Origin: Candidatus Micrarchaeota archaeon
GTDB lineage: Archaea > Micrarchaeota > Micrarchaeia > Anstonellales > Anstonellaceae
Assembly (NCBI GenBank): GCA_026413765.1
Contig: JAOAKI010000001.1
Coordinates: forward strand, 73,085 to 137,084
Length of the DNA stretch: 64,000 nucleotides
Reading direction: 5' to 3'
Shown here: piece by piece, positions 49,380 to 59,098 of the stretch
How positions within the stretch are numbered: position 1 is the first letter of the stretch
How the letters are laid out: every line of letters begins with the position of its first letter
Program-made: the position numbers and the translations under genes
The notes under the pieces: generated by a model
Seen by the model: only the letters and a program-made list of their open reading frames with translations
Told to the model about the DNA's origin: nothing
The model's database searches: none

Positions 49380-50773
49380 ACCAGCTTGCTTATTCCAAAT
49401 ACCCTTGGTTCGCCTCCTATCAAAATCGCAAAATCTTTCAGGAGCGTCATTGTAATGATAATCTCGATTACTAAAAACAACATCGACATAATTGTAAATT
49501 GCATTGCATCCATAATTAATATCTCTATCTCCTTGAACATTGCCACAGATGCTGCAGGTGGCAGCGGAAATGCAAAAAGCAAGATATTCCTTCCTATACT
49601 CTGCATCCTCCTTGCAAGCTCATTTTTTGCATCTTCCATCATTTTCTCGGTTTTTGTCCATTTCTCATTGCTGGCGCTTCCACCGCCATAGACCTCCAAG
49701 AATACTCTATCATGGGTTTGGGCAGCCTGTTTTAGCGCTTCGTTGATTTCATCAGCACTCTTTCCATAGCACAAAGAGAAAATAGAAGAGTATTCTCTAA
49801 AGTCAGTCAGTGGCGTAGTGCAAACTTTGCTGCCTCCTTGCTCATACCTGCAATTTCTTGAACAGCACTCATCATCACTTGTGCAAGGCTGGCCATTTGT
49901 AAGACAGGCTGGGCCCCCAGGCTGCGGCATCGGATTAGCAATCATTTCCCATATTTGTTGATTTATGAGTATGCTGATCGGGTAAATGAAATATCCTGCA
50001 AACGCCACCGCAAGTATTGTAGAGCCTGTTTTTCTTGTAAATGGGAATGCTCGCAAAATAAGCCCGATCGGCATAAACACAGTAAGAGCGTTCTCCTCAA
50101 TAAAGGTAAGCAATATTTTTTGTGCCATTATGCTGCCTAGTGCTGCGCCAACAACATCAACAAGCAGGGTGTGAATGTCGGATATTGGCACCATCGCAAT
50201 CCAAGGGGCAATACCAAAAGACACATCAATAAAGGGATAAATGATAGGCATTCTCAATCCGGTAGAAAGGCCAGAAAGAAGACCAATTACAACCTCAGTC
50301 ATCATTAGTGACATATAGCCAAATGTCAATTTTCGCATTATGACGCCATCAGCCCCAATAATCATGAATGGAGGGGTAGAGGAGGTTATGATGCCTGGTC
50401 TGCAGCCAAGAAAATAATCAGCATGGCCATATGCGATGTTTCCGTTTCTCCATCTTCCATTCTCAAATGGCCCATGCTTTATCTTCCACTCTTCGCAAAC
50501 TTGAGTTGGCGGAACTCCGCTTAGCATGAAGCCTTCGGCAACCTTGTCAAATACGCTTCCAGGAGTGGCCAAGACATAAACTATCAGCAATATGATTGCG
50601 CTTACAGCAAGCTCGCCAGTCTCTGCTTTTGCGAACGCCTTTATTGATGAATTAGACAATGCCTCCCCAACAATAAAAGATAAAGACACAATTGCCACGC
50701 CAATAGCAAACGCAATCCCTATCATCTGCCAAGGCCAGCCAGCAACTACTACTTGAAGCAAATATTCTATCAT
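49376..50773 (-). CDS. Multi-pass membrane protein with Cys-knot loop, paralog 1 of 6 (CedA/VirB6-like)
   Basis: AFAKAETGE, GLILRAFPFTRKTGSTIL..YPI, LIGGEPRVFGISKLV; loop CLTNGQPCTSDDECCSRNC...C. Confidence 0.6.
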   Translation of the reverse strand: MIEYLLQVVVAGWPWQMIGIAFAIGVAIVSLSFIVGEALSNSSIKAFAKAETGELAVSAIILLIVYVLATPGSVFDKVAEGFMLSGVPPTQVCEEWKIKHGPFENGRWRNGNIAYGHADYFLGCRPGIITSSTPPFMIIGADGVIMRKLTFGYMSLMMTEVVIGLLSGLSTGLRMPIIYPFIDVSFGIAPWIAMVPISDIHTLLVDVVGAALGSIMAQKILLTFIEENALTVFMPIGLILRAFPFTRKTGSTILAVAFAGYFIYPISILINQQIWEMIANPMPQPGGPACLTNGQPCTSDDECCSRNCRYEQGGSKVCTTPLTDFREYSSIFSLCYGKSADEINEALKQAAQTHDRVFLEVYGGGSASNEKWTKTEKMMEDAKNELARRMQSIGRNILLFAFPLPPAASVAMFKEIEILIMDAMQFTIMSMLFLVIEIIITMTLLKDFAILIGGEPRVFGISKLV

Positions 50774-50853
50774 TTTGCCTTCACCGTTTAAAGGCGCCCT
50801 ATTTGTATTTTTATAGCATAATTTTATATATACATTAAACCCAAAATTAAATC
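50774..50853. promoter_or_regulatory. 80-bp divergent promoter shared by the membrane-protein operon and the giant-protein operon
   Basis: AT-rich gap with TTTTATA and TTTATATATA boxes between head-to-head starts. Confidence 0.55.
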
Positions 50854-53800
50854 ATGGCGACAAAGAGCACTCATGCATTTCTAATTATAATTTTTATATT
50901 GTCTGCCTTTGTTCAATGCTCTTTTTCGTTCGAAGTCGTCAGCGAAGGCAAAGACAAGACTTTCATTGAGCTTTCAGTTGAAAATAAAACAGTCATCGCA
51001 AAGATTTCTTACTACAATCTCAGCTATTACAGCAAGCAAATGCCGCAAAACTACCCGAATATAGACCAACGACTTGGGACACTGCCACCCGAATTCTTCC
51101 AGCCCCCCTCTCGCCCTTATTCAGAAGAGTTTTTCAGGGTCAAGAGGGAAAACCTTTCTAATGCTTCCATTTATTTTGTTGTGCTCTACAATGGTCAGCA
51201 ACTGAATATAACAGACGAAAATGGCAACGAAAAATGCTCCCCTGCTCCAAAAACAGACGAAGCAGGGAAGACAAACTGCACTGTCACTCACTTCCTTTTT
51301 GGTGGTCAGGTTAAGGAGGTTGATTCTGAAAAAAGCTGCATACTAGTAAAAGCGTCATTCCTTGGCGAGCAGATAGACAAGAAAACCTATAAGCCAAGCT
51401 CTCAGACAGTAATTCTCTGCCCAAAGCCATCTGCCTCTGCTCTTTCACGATTTGGCAGCAGCTTGGCTCTAATACTTTCATCAAACAATCTCTTCATCAA
51501 CAGCTTATGCTTCCCATTAGCCTTGCTTTTATCTTTACTGATTGCTGCAATGTATTATGCTGGAAGAAACCCGCTTTCTCTTTTCGACTTGACTACTCCA
51601 AAACTCCCGCACTTGCGCTCATTCAAGATGAAGTCAAAGGCTTCTCCTCAGATGATGAGGTCAGTAGCAAGAAAATATGCCCAACTACAAGTGAGGGCAG
51701 CAAAAAGCGCATCTAAAGCCTTAGCCGAAGTCATAAGAGTGAGAGGAAAATATGAAGGCAAAAGAAAAGAAGAGATACTGCTTGAAGTCTTAAAAGCAAA
51801 AGCCAAAGTTCACCACCTCTTTCATGACTTGAAGCATTCAATAGAGGCTTCAAAGGGCAAAGGCCTTACGGATGCCCAAATTCGCAACTTTGAGAGGCGA
51901 CTTGCCGCTCTTTTTGGCACAGCTCCAGAAGGAAGAAGGGCATTCAAAATCTGGAAAAAAAATGTGGAGATGACACTGCCATTCATCCAGCTTTACAACG
52001 CTGCATACCAGACCTATTCGATGACTGCAAGCGGTCGTGGGCTTTCAAATTCACTGGTATCAAGGGCAATTGTTACACCACTTTTCAATAAGTTGACAAA
52101 GGTCAGCGTTTACTTGGAGGAATTGAAAGGAATAAGGGCAATAGGTAAAATCCCAATAGTCAAGAACGTAATCAACACGCCAACGCGTATATTTGATGCA
52201 ATTGCCCAGCACCGCTCCTCTCGTTTGGGCGCGCTTAATTTGAGGAGGGAATTAATAGGTGGCGCGGTTTACACCATCCTCAATAGGCTCAACATGGTGG
52301 ACAAAGCAAAAAACTTCATGCAAAAGTCAGGAATAGAAGCGTTCTTCAAATGGACACATAAGTGGAGTTTTGACAGCTTTGTTGCCAAGCACGATTTGTA
52401 TAACCGAAAATTCAGGGAACTTTACGACCCTGTGGAAAATGTCCGAAAGCTCTCAATTGACGCATACAATATTGCATACCACGACCTTCTAAGAAAGCTC
52501 ACCTTTTCGCTTCCGACTAAAATGACGATGGGCGAGATTCTTGTTTCCATGCAAAATTCTATAAAAGACAAAAAAAGAAACGATCAACTCAAAGATGATT
52601 TTAGAAAATTGATCGATGCTTTGGAGAACAATCGGAATATCAACCTTGATACTGTTTTGAAGATCGCGCGTGAGCTTAAACTTTCAGAAAAAGACGTCTC
52701 TTTTATAAGGAGAGTAGTTGAGCTGCAAGATCAGTGGGGCAAGATCCAGCAGGCGCTTGAGGCGATAATGAATAAGCCATACGAAAGCCACTATTACAGA
52801 TTGAAAGCACTCTATGATTTAGCAGTCAAGTACGGTATTGATTTAAAATTGGGTGAGGATCTCAATAAATGGAAGGACTACGAGGAAAATGTGATTAGGA
52901 AAATAATGCTTGCCCGGATGGAAAACGGCACCTATAAGCCAATCACATGGGCTGATGTCCGAAATGAGTTTAGAAGTGGCGCATCGACTCGTGACATTCA
53001 AACCAAATTCGGTGGTATTGTCTCAAAAGCAGAATACGAAAGGAGGATGCTTGAGCTGCGCAACAGGGTTCTCTCCTCCACAGATGCAAAAACCTTAAAG
53101 GACAATACAATCGGCACAATCCTCACTATCAGAGACAGCATCAATGCCAAAATAAATTCCACAGGTCCAACCACCCTTTTTTCCCATATCTATGCAGATG
53201 CGCTAGGCTCAAATCCCACGGCATTCTACTTGAACAGGCGCCTTGCTGAGTTAGGGCTTGGTGACATCAAAGTCAAGAACTTGGACGAATTTGAGATCTT
53301 TTTCTTCCGAGGGACGATGTCAGAGTCATTGCGCAGGCGCCTTGAGAGGATCGCTGCGGATAATAAGCGAACGGTGGATGACCTGCTTAAGGATATCATG
53401 GTTGAGGCCTTAAGGTTCCAAGTCTCTGCAAATATTGCAAATATCAGGATTGCTGAGCTGATTTTTGGAGACACAGCTTCCCGCAAGAGCGTCTTTTCGG
53501 ACATCTTCGGTAGCCGAGCAGAGAAACAGATGAAAGGGATGATTAAACTTCACGAGCAACTCGAATATTCATTTCAGAGGATATCGTTCAATTATTCACC
53601 TTATGATTTGCAGAAAGAGGCACTGTTCAACCAATTGAGGGTTTCTGAGCGGTCGGCAGGTTTCTTCATCTGGGGCACCAAACGCGGCGGCAGCAATGCA
53701 GACAGCGTGATGTGGCTTTTGGATTCGACCTTCAAGCACAATGCTGATGCAGTCGGCATGTTGAGAGCCTTCTACAACAATCTCATCAACCGCGAAAGCA

Positions 53801-56457
53801 GATTCTATGACGAAAAATTTGCGCAAAAGATAAAAGAAGGCGATTTTGTTTCAAACTATGATGCACTTCGCGCAAGGGGATATAACTTTTTGGATGTCCG
53901 GAACGGCCTTGGCATCCTGCTGAGAGGCGACAAGAAAGGTAATCTGCCTTTGTTGGAATATGACCCGACCATACTTTCTCAATATCGTTACAATTCCGAA
54001 ATCGTAAAGAAAGGCGAAGTGCGAGACCTTGGGGCACTGTTTGCAAGGATAGCAGACTCTCCTTACGTTTATTTGCCTTCAGGTGTGGTGGTGCTTTCAA
54101 AATTCACAGATTCATCTGGCAGGATCAGCTGGTTATACGGTGCGCCTCTGAAATCCAAAGAAGTGGAAAGAGTGTACAGAGAGGCGCTGCAAGACCCCAC
54201 TTTCAGCCGAACTTCTGAACTATCCAACAAGCTTGTAGGTTTTGATAAAGACGGCAACTACCGTCCGTCTACCCAACTTATCAAAGTGATCTACGCAAAA
54301 GACTTGCAGGAGATCAAAAACAATCCAGACAATTTCTTTGGATATGTTTCACCCTTTGAAAAATTCAGGAGCAGGATACGTACTGGGCTTCACAAACTTG
54401 GGGAGCTGTTTGGCGAGATGTATTATTCTGCGACCGACTACCGTGCATCACAGCTTGAAAAATGGTATGCTGCCCAATATCAGATGCGCATGATTCTTGA
54501 TTCTTATGAGCGCTCTTTTGCCCGTTACATGACGCCTGGCACCAAAAGATATGATCCGTCATCTTATATTGAGGATTTGAAATCAGAGGGCCTCAAAACA
54601 AATGACCAGCTGCGCATTCGCGTAGCAAACACAATGGAGAAATTGAAAAGAGGGGAAGGGGGCTGGCTTGACACATTGCGCGCCACTTTTGATGGCTTTA
54701 GAAGAAATCTTGCTGCCAAAATAGTCAACGAAGTTGCCGAGGCGGAATCTGCCTGGTATGCCGCAAAGCTTGAGCTGAGGGCAATCGAGAAGCTGAAAAA
54801 TGAAGGGGCAATTACAAAAGATGAATATAAGACTCTAAGAGAAGAAGCACTCTCTAAGATCAGCGGCCTTAAAGAGTCGTACAAAGAGCTAAAAGAAGAG
54901 TACAAGCAATACAACGAACTGGCGCGCTATTGGGCAAGCAGCCACGACAACACTTACGGAACCGCAAGAAACATTTTCAAGGTTCTGCCCGTCTTTACCT
55001 CAATTTTTGACAGCAAATTTGTTCAAGGTGCAAAAATAGATTATTATTTCATTACCGAATCAAGCGCAATGAGGGATCCGCGCACAGCGACAGGCGCAGG
55101 CGTTGGACTTGACTATTCGTTTTATGTCGGTTACCAAACCGGTCAGACGGTCTATGAAAGGCCAAGATTCTGGACGACAAACGCATTGTGGGAAGAGCAG
55201 CTTCGCCTTCCACTTATGTTGTCTTATGCTGTCCACAAATGGTTCTATCCTGCAGTAAGCCAGGCGACACGCGACAGAAGCCACTATCCTTCCTATCTTG
55301 AGATGGATGCTTTGTATCCAGGCAGGCCGCATAATGAAAGCCGACTCGGAAAGCATGATCTGTTCATGCCGATGGTCTTGGCTCCTCTAAGAAGGCATTA
55401 CAGCTCAGATTATTGGAGAACGCGCTTCCAAGCTCTGCTTGATTTTTCAGGCGCATCCTCACTAATAGGGGCGTATTTTTCAACCTCTCCTTCTCAGACC
55501 GAGGCTTCTTTCTTTAGAAGAACAATGGAAAAAATGTTCTTGCCAAGTCCGCACTATTCAACTGAAGCGCGATTCTTGCTTTCTCAGAGGACATTAGACC
55601 AGTTCAAGATGCTTGATGAAGCAAGAGAAAAATATTCAGAAGTAAAAGAGGCAATCGATACATACATCAACTCAATTGATGGCTCTGAAGCACAAAGGAA
55701 AGCTTTAGAAACCATATCTAAATATGTAGAGATTTCGGACCGAAGGCCAATTGGCGTCCAGCGTGGAGTTTCAGGTTCGGATATGGAGGAAGATGGCTCG
55801 CGGAATCGTTTCATGAACCTTTATGTTGGCTTCCACCAAAACATCTGGAAGCCAACCGTTCCAGGGTTGATGGATACTGATCCGATCAGCGGCAAATGGA
55901 GGGCATTCCCGCAGACCGCTATGGAAGTCTACCGGGCTCCAGAAGAAAGCAAGCTTGACAATCTAAGGCAATTCAACCTGCCAACTTATGATGAAAAGAC
56001 TGGCCGGTTTGTCTTGACTGAGCAGCTTCACAATTATGATGACGCAATGCGGGAGGTATACAAGCGCGAAAGTACTCTTTTGATTCATTTGCTGAAGTAC
56101 CAGCACGAGCTGCAAAGCTATACAATCCTCAACAGCCCAGCTGTTCTTGTCGCATCGCCTGGCATTGGTTCAGCTCTTGCATTCAACATTAGCAGATTTT
56201 TCCTAAGCAAGACTCGGCTCGGCTCTTCGATTACTGAAGAGGAAGCTTCATTCTCCGAGCGATTTTTCACCCAGAGTTGGTACAGTTCTATTGCAAAAAG
56301 ATGGGCATTAGCTAAAAACTCTTGGAATGAATTATTAGAAAGCACGTTAATCTCTCGTTTATCTGGCGCTTCAAGGAAAAGCAGGCTAGAGGAAGATGCC
56401 TTAAAACTTGCTATTTACAGCTATAGCAATCTGTCTTCGAGAGGGTATCTATTATGA
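50854..56457 (+). CDS. Giant (1867 aa) single-pass membrane protein of unknown function
   Basis: Signal peptide, ~170-aa Cys-containing beta-rich exodomain, TM helix CFPLALLLSLLIAAMYY, then ~1600 aa of charged, mostly helical sequence with no recognised motif. Confidence 0.8.
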   Translation: MATKSTHAFLIIIFILSAFVQCSFSFEVVSEGKDKTFIELSVENKTVIAKISYYNLSYYSKQMPQNYPNIDQRLGTLPPEFFQPPSRPYSEEFFRVKRENLSNASIYFVVLYNGQQLNITDENGNEKCSPAPKTDEAGKTNCTVTHFLFGGQVKEVDSEKSCILVKASFLGEQIDKKTYKPSSQTVILCPKPSASALSRFGSSLALILSSNNLFINSLCFPLALLLSLLIAAMYYAGRNPLSLFDLTTPKLPHLRSFKMKSKASPQMMRSVARKYAQLQVRAAKSASKALAEVIRVRGKYEGKRKEEILLEVLKAKAKVHHLFHDLKHSIEASKGKGLTDAQIRNFERRLAALFGTAPEGRRAFKIWKKNVEMTLPFIQLYNAAYQTYSMTASGRGLSNSLVSRAIVTPLFNKLTKVSVYLEELKGIRAIGKIPIVKNVINTPTRIFDAIAQHRSSRLGALNLRRELIGGAVYTILNRLNMVDKAKNFMQKSGIEAFFKWTHKWSFDSFVAKHDLYNRKFRELYDPVENVRKLSIDAYNIAYHDLLRKLTFSLPTKMTMGEILVSMQNSIKDKKRNDQLKDDFRKLIDALENNRNINLDTVLKIARELKLSEKDVSFIRRVVELQDQWGKIQQALEAIMNKPYESHYYRLKALYDLAVKYGIDLKLGEDLNKWKDYEENVIRKIMLARMENGTYKPITWADVRNEFRSGASTRDIQTKFGGIVSKAEYERRMLELRNRVLSSTDAKTLKDNTIGTILTIRDSINAKINSTGPTTLFSHIYADALGSNPTAFYLNRRLAELGLGDIKVKNLDEFEIFFFRGTMSESLRRRLERIAADNKRTVDDLLKDIMVEALRFQVSANIANIRIAELIFGDTASRKSVFSDIFGSRAEKQMKGMIKLHEQLEYSFQRISFNYSPYDLQKEALFNQLRVSERSAGFFIWGTKRGGSNADSVMWLLDSTFKHNADAVGMLRAFYNNLINRESRFYDEKFAQKIKEGDFVSNYDALRARGYNFLDVRNGLGILLRGDKKGNLPLLEYDPTILSQYRYNSEIVKKGEVRDLGALFARIADSPYVYLPSGVVVLSKFTDSSGRISWLYGAPLKSKEVERVYREALQDPTFSRTSELSNKLVGFDKDGNYRPSTQLIKVIYAKDLQEIKNNPDNFFGYVSPFEKFRSRIRTGLHKLGELFGEMYYSATDYRASQLEKWYAAQYQMRMILDSYERSFARYMTPGTKRYDPSSYIEDLKSEGLKTNDQLRIRVANTMEKLKRGEGGWLDTLRATFDGFRRNLAAKIVNEVAEAESAWYAAKLELRAIEKLKNEGAITKDEYKTLREEALSKISGLKESYKELKEEYKQYNELARYWASSHDNTYGTARNIFKVLPVFTSIFDSKFVQGAKIDYYFITESSAMRDPRTATGAGVGLDYSFYVGYQTGQTVYERPRFWTTNALWEEQLRLPLMLSYAVHKWFYPAVSQATRDRSHYPSYLEMDALYPGRPHNESRLGKHDLFMPMVLAPLRRHYSSDYWRTRFQALLDFSGASSLIGAYFSTSPSQTEASFFRRTMEKMFLPSPHYSTEARFLLSQRTLDQFKMLDEAREKYSEVKEAIDTYINSIDGSEAQRKALETISKYVEISDRRPIGVQRGVSGSDMEEDGSRNRFMNLYVGFHQNIWKPTVPGLMDTDPISGKWRAFPQTAMEVYRAPEESKLDNLRQFNLPTYDEKTGRFVLTEQLHNYDDAMREVYKRESTLLIHLLKYQHELQSYTILNSPAVLVASPGIGSALAFNISRFFLSKTRLGSSITEEEASFSERFFTQSWYSSIAKRWALAKNSWNELLESTLISRLSGASRKSRLEEDALKLAIYSYSNLSSRGYLL

Positions 56458-58661
56458 GGCTACTGCTTGCGATTGCTGTGCTTTTTTTCTTTTTTGGCTG
56501 CACTCTCAACGTTCCTGCTTCCGAAAAATTTGCAGCCTCCACTCTTGCAGTCGGCAGGTTTTCGCCTGCAGATGAGATGGTCTGTCAGCCACTCAATGAC
56601 TCAAGGCCTTGCTACTGCATGGTCTGCGAAAACAAGACAACTTGGTCATCCATCTTCCCTGAAAAGATGCGCAAGCTTATGGCTTTTTTCGATTCGACTT
56701 TGCACAAGGGTAATTGCACCTTTATGCACTGCAATATGACTGATTTTGTCAACATCATAAGCGAAAAAGAGCGCTATCAGATGCGCTCATTCATGCTCGG
56801 AATCGGTCCCTCCGCAAGCGCGGTTGATAACGCAAATCTTTTCTGCAATTATTCTCTCCAGCTTTCTTTCAAATGGCTGAAAGGCTCTGTGTTTAATAGC
56901 CCAGAGATCCCAAGCCCGCGATCAGCAAAATGCTGGCTCGAGCGAAATATCCTCCCAGTCTACCTATATTACACCGAAGGCAAAAACATCGACGTATGGA
57001 GGACTGCCCAGATTGCGCAAGCATTCAATGATGTTGGGCCGGTGCTTCTTTCCACCGAAGTCTGGTTCGATCCAAATGATCCTCAAGCAATCGAAGGCAT
57101 CAAAGGACAAATTGACGCAATAAAAGCAAATTGCAACAGCTGTCTCGTCGTTCTCATGCTGAACGGATCAATCCAAGATCGAAAGCTTGTCTTAGAGAAA
57201 ATATTCGGTAGAGGGGACATAAAGACTGGAGCAGGATTCAGCCCATATTACCAGAAAGTAGATGTTGTCGGATTTGGTTTTCTTGCAAACGATTATCCAA
57301 CCTGCAATCCAGTTGACGTCATTGGGGAGAACTTTCTTTTTTCAAGATTTGTTTTGAAAAAATACTCGAAGCCGACTCTTTGGGCGTATGTAGGAGTAAG
57401 TAAAGGAAATAATAGTTTTGGCACATGCAGCTGGGATGAAGAGGCAGTGCATAACTTTTATCAGCAGCTTTTTGCAAGCATCCAAGCAATGTCAAGCTCA
57501 GGGATTATTGGCGTCGGCTTCTATGAGTTTTCAGACTATGCAGGCCCACTTCCTTGCGACAACAAAATTCAGGGATGCGAGTTTGGCCTTTTGGATTCTT
57601 TTGGAAACCAAAAGCACCCAGCAATCAACACATGGTCTTCCCTTTGCCAGTATTTTGGCACTGTGCAGTTCAGAAGCCCGCTTATCTTTTCAAGAAATGG
57701 CTACGGCTCGGTTTGCGACCCTATGCAACTGCAGAATAACAAGATGTTTACAGCGATTTCTTTTGAACTAAATAGCGGAAAGCCTCTGCCAAATTCTATT
57801 GTTCCTACAGCCCCAAAAGAAAAATATCTTCGCTGTAGCGACATTTGTGTTTCCGACGTGCCGCTGAATGATTGGCAGATTTTCGACAACACTGGAGACA
57901 CATTCGATTCTGCCCATTGCGATCTCTACCCATTCATAGAGGAATTAGCAGAAGAAAAAGAAATCAGCGCCTTGTTTTTCAGAGCAATAGTTGAGCAGGA
58001 AAGCAACTTCAACCCATACGCAGTTTCTTGCATAGACCAAAATTCGCCAAATTGCAATCCTGCAAACCTTTCTATTGCAGAGATTTGCCGGCTGGCAAAC
58101 CTTTCTGATGACTGCGGCCAAGTGGTAGGCGGAGGCAGCTCCTGTCCGGCAGGCATGAAGCCGTGTGCATTTGGCATTGCGCAATGCATTGCTTACCCCG
58201 GCAAATATTATGTCCAGCGCGGGATTGACCTTCCGCTTGAAATCCGAAATTGCGGAAAAAGCAAGAAAGGCATAGATTACAATCCATTTGATCCGCAGGA
58301 TAGTGTTTGCTGCGGAACTTCTGTTTTGAAATATTATCTGGACATTTCACCATCAGCAGGCAGAAACTTTGTCCAAAACAACTGGAACACGCTTACTTCC
58401 TGCCCGCAAGGCATCAAAGATGACAAGGAGTGGGTAGCTTATTTCTTGGCTGCTAACACCTATTATGGCTATCCTAATGATTTTTCAGGCTTCCTATCTC
58501 AGCTTAACAATTGTCAAGGCCAACAAAATTACATTTCCTATCTGAGAAGCAAGGGATACTCCTATGCAGCACGTGTACTTTCCCGCTACCTTGACGCTAT
58601 AGACAAGTGCGGCTCGGATTGCCCTGGAAAAGCCGTACAGATAGCCTCCAATCCTCCTTAA
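56454..58661 (+). CDS. Cys-rich lipoprotein with glycoside-hydrolase-like barrel and C-terminal lytic transglycosylase (SLT)-like domain
   Basis: FFFGC lipobox. KPTLW...GIIGVGFYEF...FGLLDSFGNQKHPA is a clan GH-A-like end. RAIVEQESNFNPYAVS, AFGIAQ and NPFDP..SVCCGT..L are SLT motifs. Confidence 0.7.
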   Translation: MRLLLAIAVLFFFFGCTLNVPASEKFAASTLAVGRFSPADEMVCQPLNDSRPCYCMVCENKTTWSSIFPEKMRKLMAFFDSTLHKGNCTFMHCNMTDFVNIISEKERYQMRSFMLGIGPSASAVDNANLFCNYSLQLSFKWLKGSVFNSPEIPSPRSAKCWLERNILPVYLYYTEGKNIDVWRTAQIAQAFNDVGPVLLSTEVWFDPNDPQAIEGIKGQIDAIKANCNSCLVVLMLNGSIQDRKLVLEKIFGRGDIKTGAGFSPYYQKVDVVGFGFLANDYPTCNPVDVIGENFLFSRFVLKKYSKPTLWAYVGVSKGNNSFGTCSWDEEAVHNFYQQLFASIQAMSSSGIIGVGFYEFSDYAGPLPCDNKIQGCEFGLLDSFGNQKHPAINTWSSLCQYFGTVQFRSPLIFSRNGYGSVCDPMQLQNNKMFTAISFELNSGKPLPNSIVPTAPKEKYLRCSDICVSDVPLNDWQIFDNTGDTFDSAHCDLYPFIEELAEEKEISALFFRAIVEQESNFNPYAVSCIDQNSPNCNPANLSIAEICRLANLSDDCGQVVGGGSSCPAGMKPCAFGIAQCIAYPGKYYVQRGIDLPLEIRNCGKSKKGIDYNPFDPQDSVCCGTSVLKYYLDISPSAGRNFVQNNWNTLTSCPQGIKDDKEWVAYFLAANTYYGYPNDFSGFLSQLNNCQGQQNYISYLRSKGYSYAARVLSRYLDAIDKCGSDCPGKAVQIASNPP

Positions 58662-58666
58662 AAAAA

Positions 58667-59098
58667 TCAGTGCTTTATTTTTGTGTTTTCTCTTGCCCTT
58701 TCAAGCTCAAGCGTCTGCCTTGTTCTCAGTATGTCTTTCGGGAAGTGCCTGCCACGCATCATGAAGTTGCGTTCATACGTTTTGGCTTCAAACTTAGAGG
58801 CGATTATTTCTGCCCCTGACTCTACATCGAATTCCTTGCAAGAAAAGATGTCCACGCTTGCAAAGTTTTTTTCAGGAAAAGTATGGATGCTGATGTGCGA
58901 TTCTGCTATCAAGACTATGCCAGACACCCCCCAATCTTCTGGCTTGAGGCCGCTGTATGTGAATGTATACGGCGGCATTATTTTGGTCATCCCGATCATT
59001 TCGGGCAGCTCGTTCAAAAAATTGTATATAAAATTTACATCTTTCAGCTTTTTTTTGTTGCATCCATACATGTCCAAAGTCAGATGCGGTCCAAACAT
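58667..59098 (-). CDS. speD: S-adenosylmethionine decarboxylase proenzyme
   Basis: GPHLTLDMYGC, GVSGIVLIAE/SHISIHTFPE, VDIFSC. Confidence 0.93.
   Translation of the reverse strand: MFGPHLTLDMYGCNKKKLKDVNFIYNFLNELPEMIGMTKIMPPYTFTYSGLKPEDWGVSGIVLIAESHISIHTFPEKNFASVDIFSCKEFDVESGAEIIASKFEAKTYERNFMMRGRHFPKDILRTRQTLELERARENTKIKH

Noticed and set aside
43732-58661. Prophage interpretation (tape measure plus lysin)
   Set aside because: No capsid, terminase, portal or integrase-like genes are present, and all products have signal peptides or TM helices typical of a cellular envelope system.
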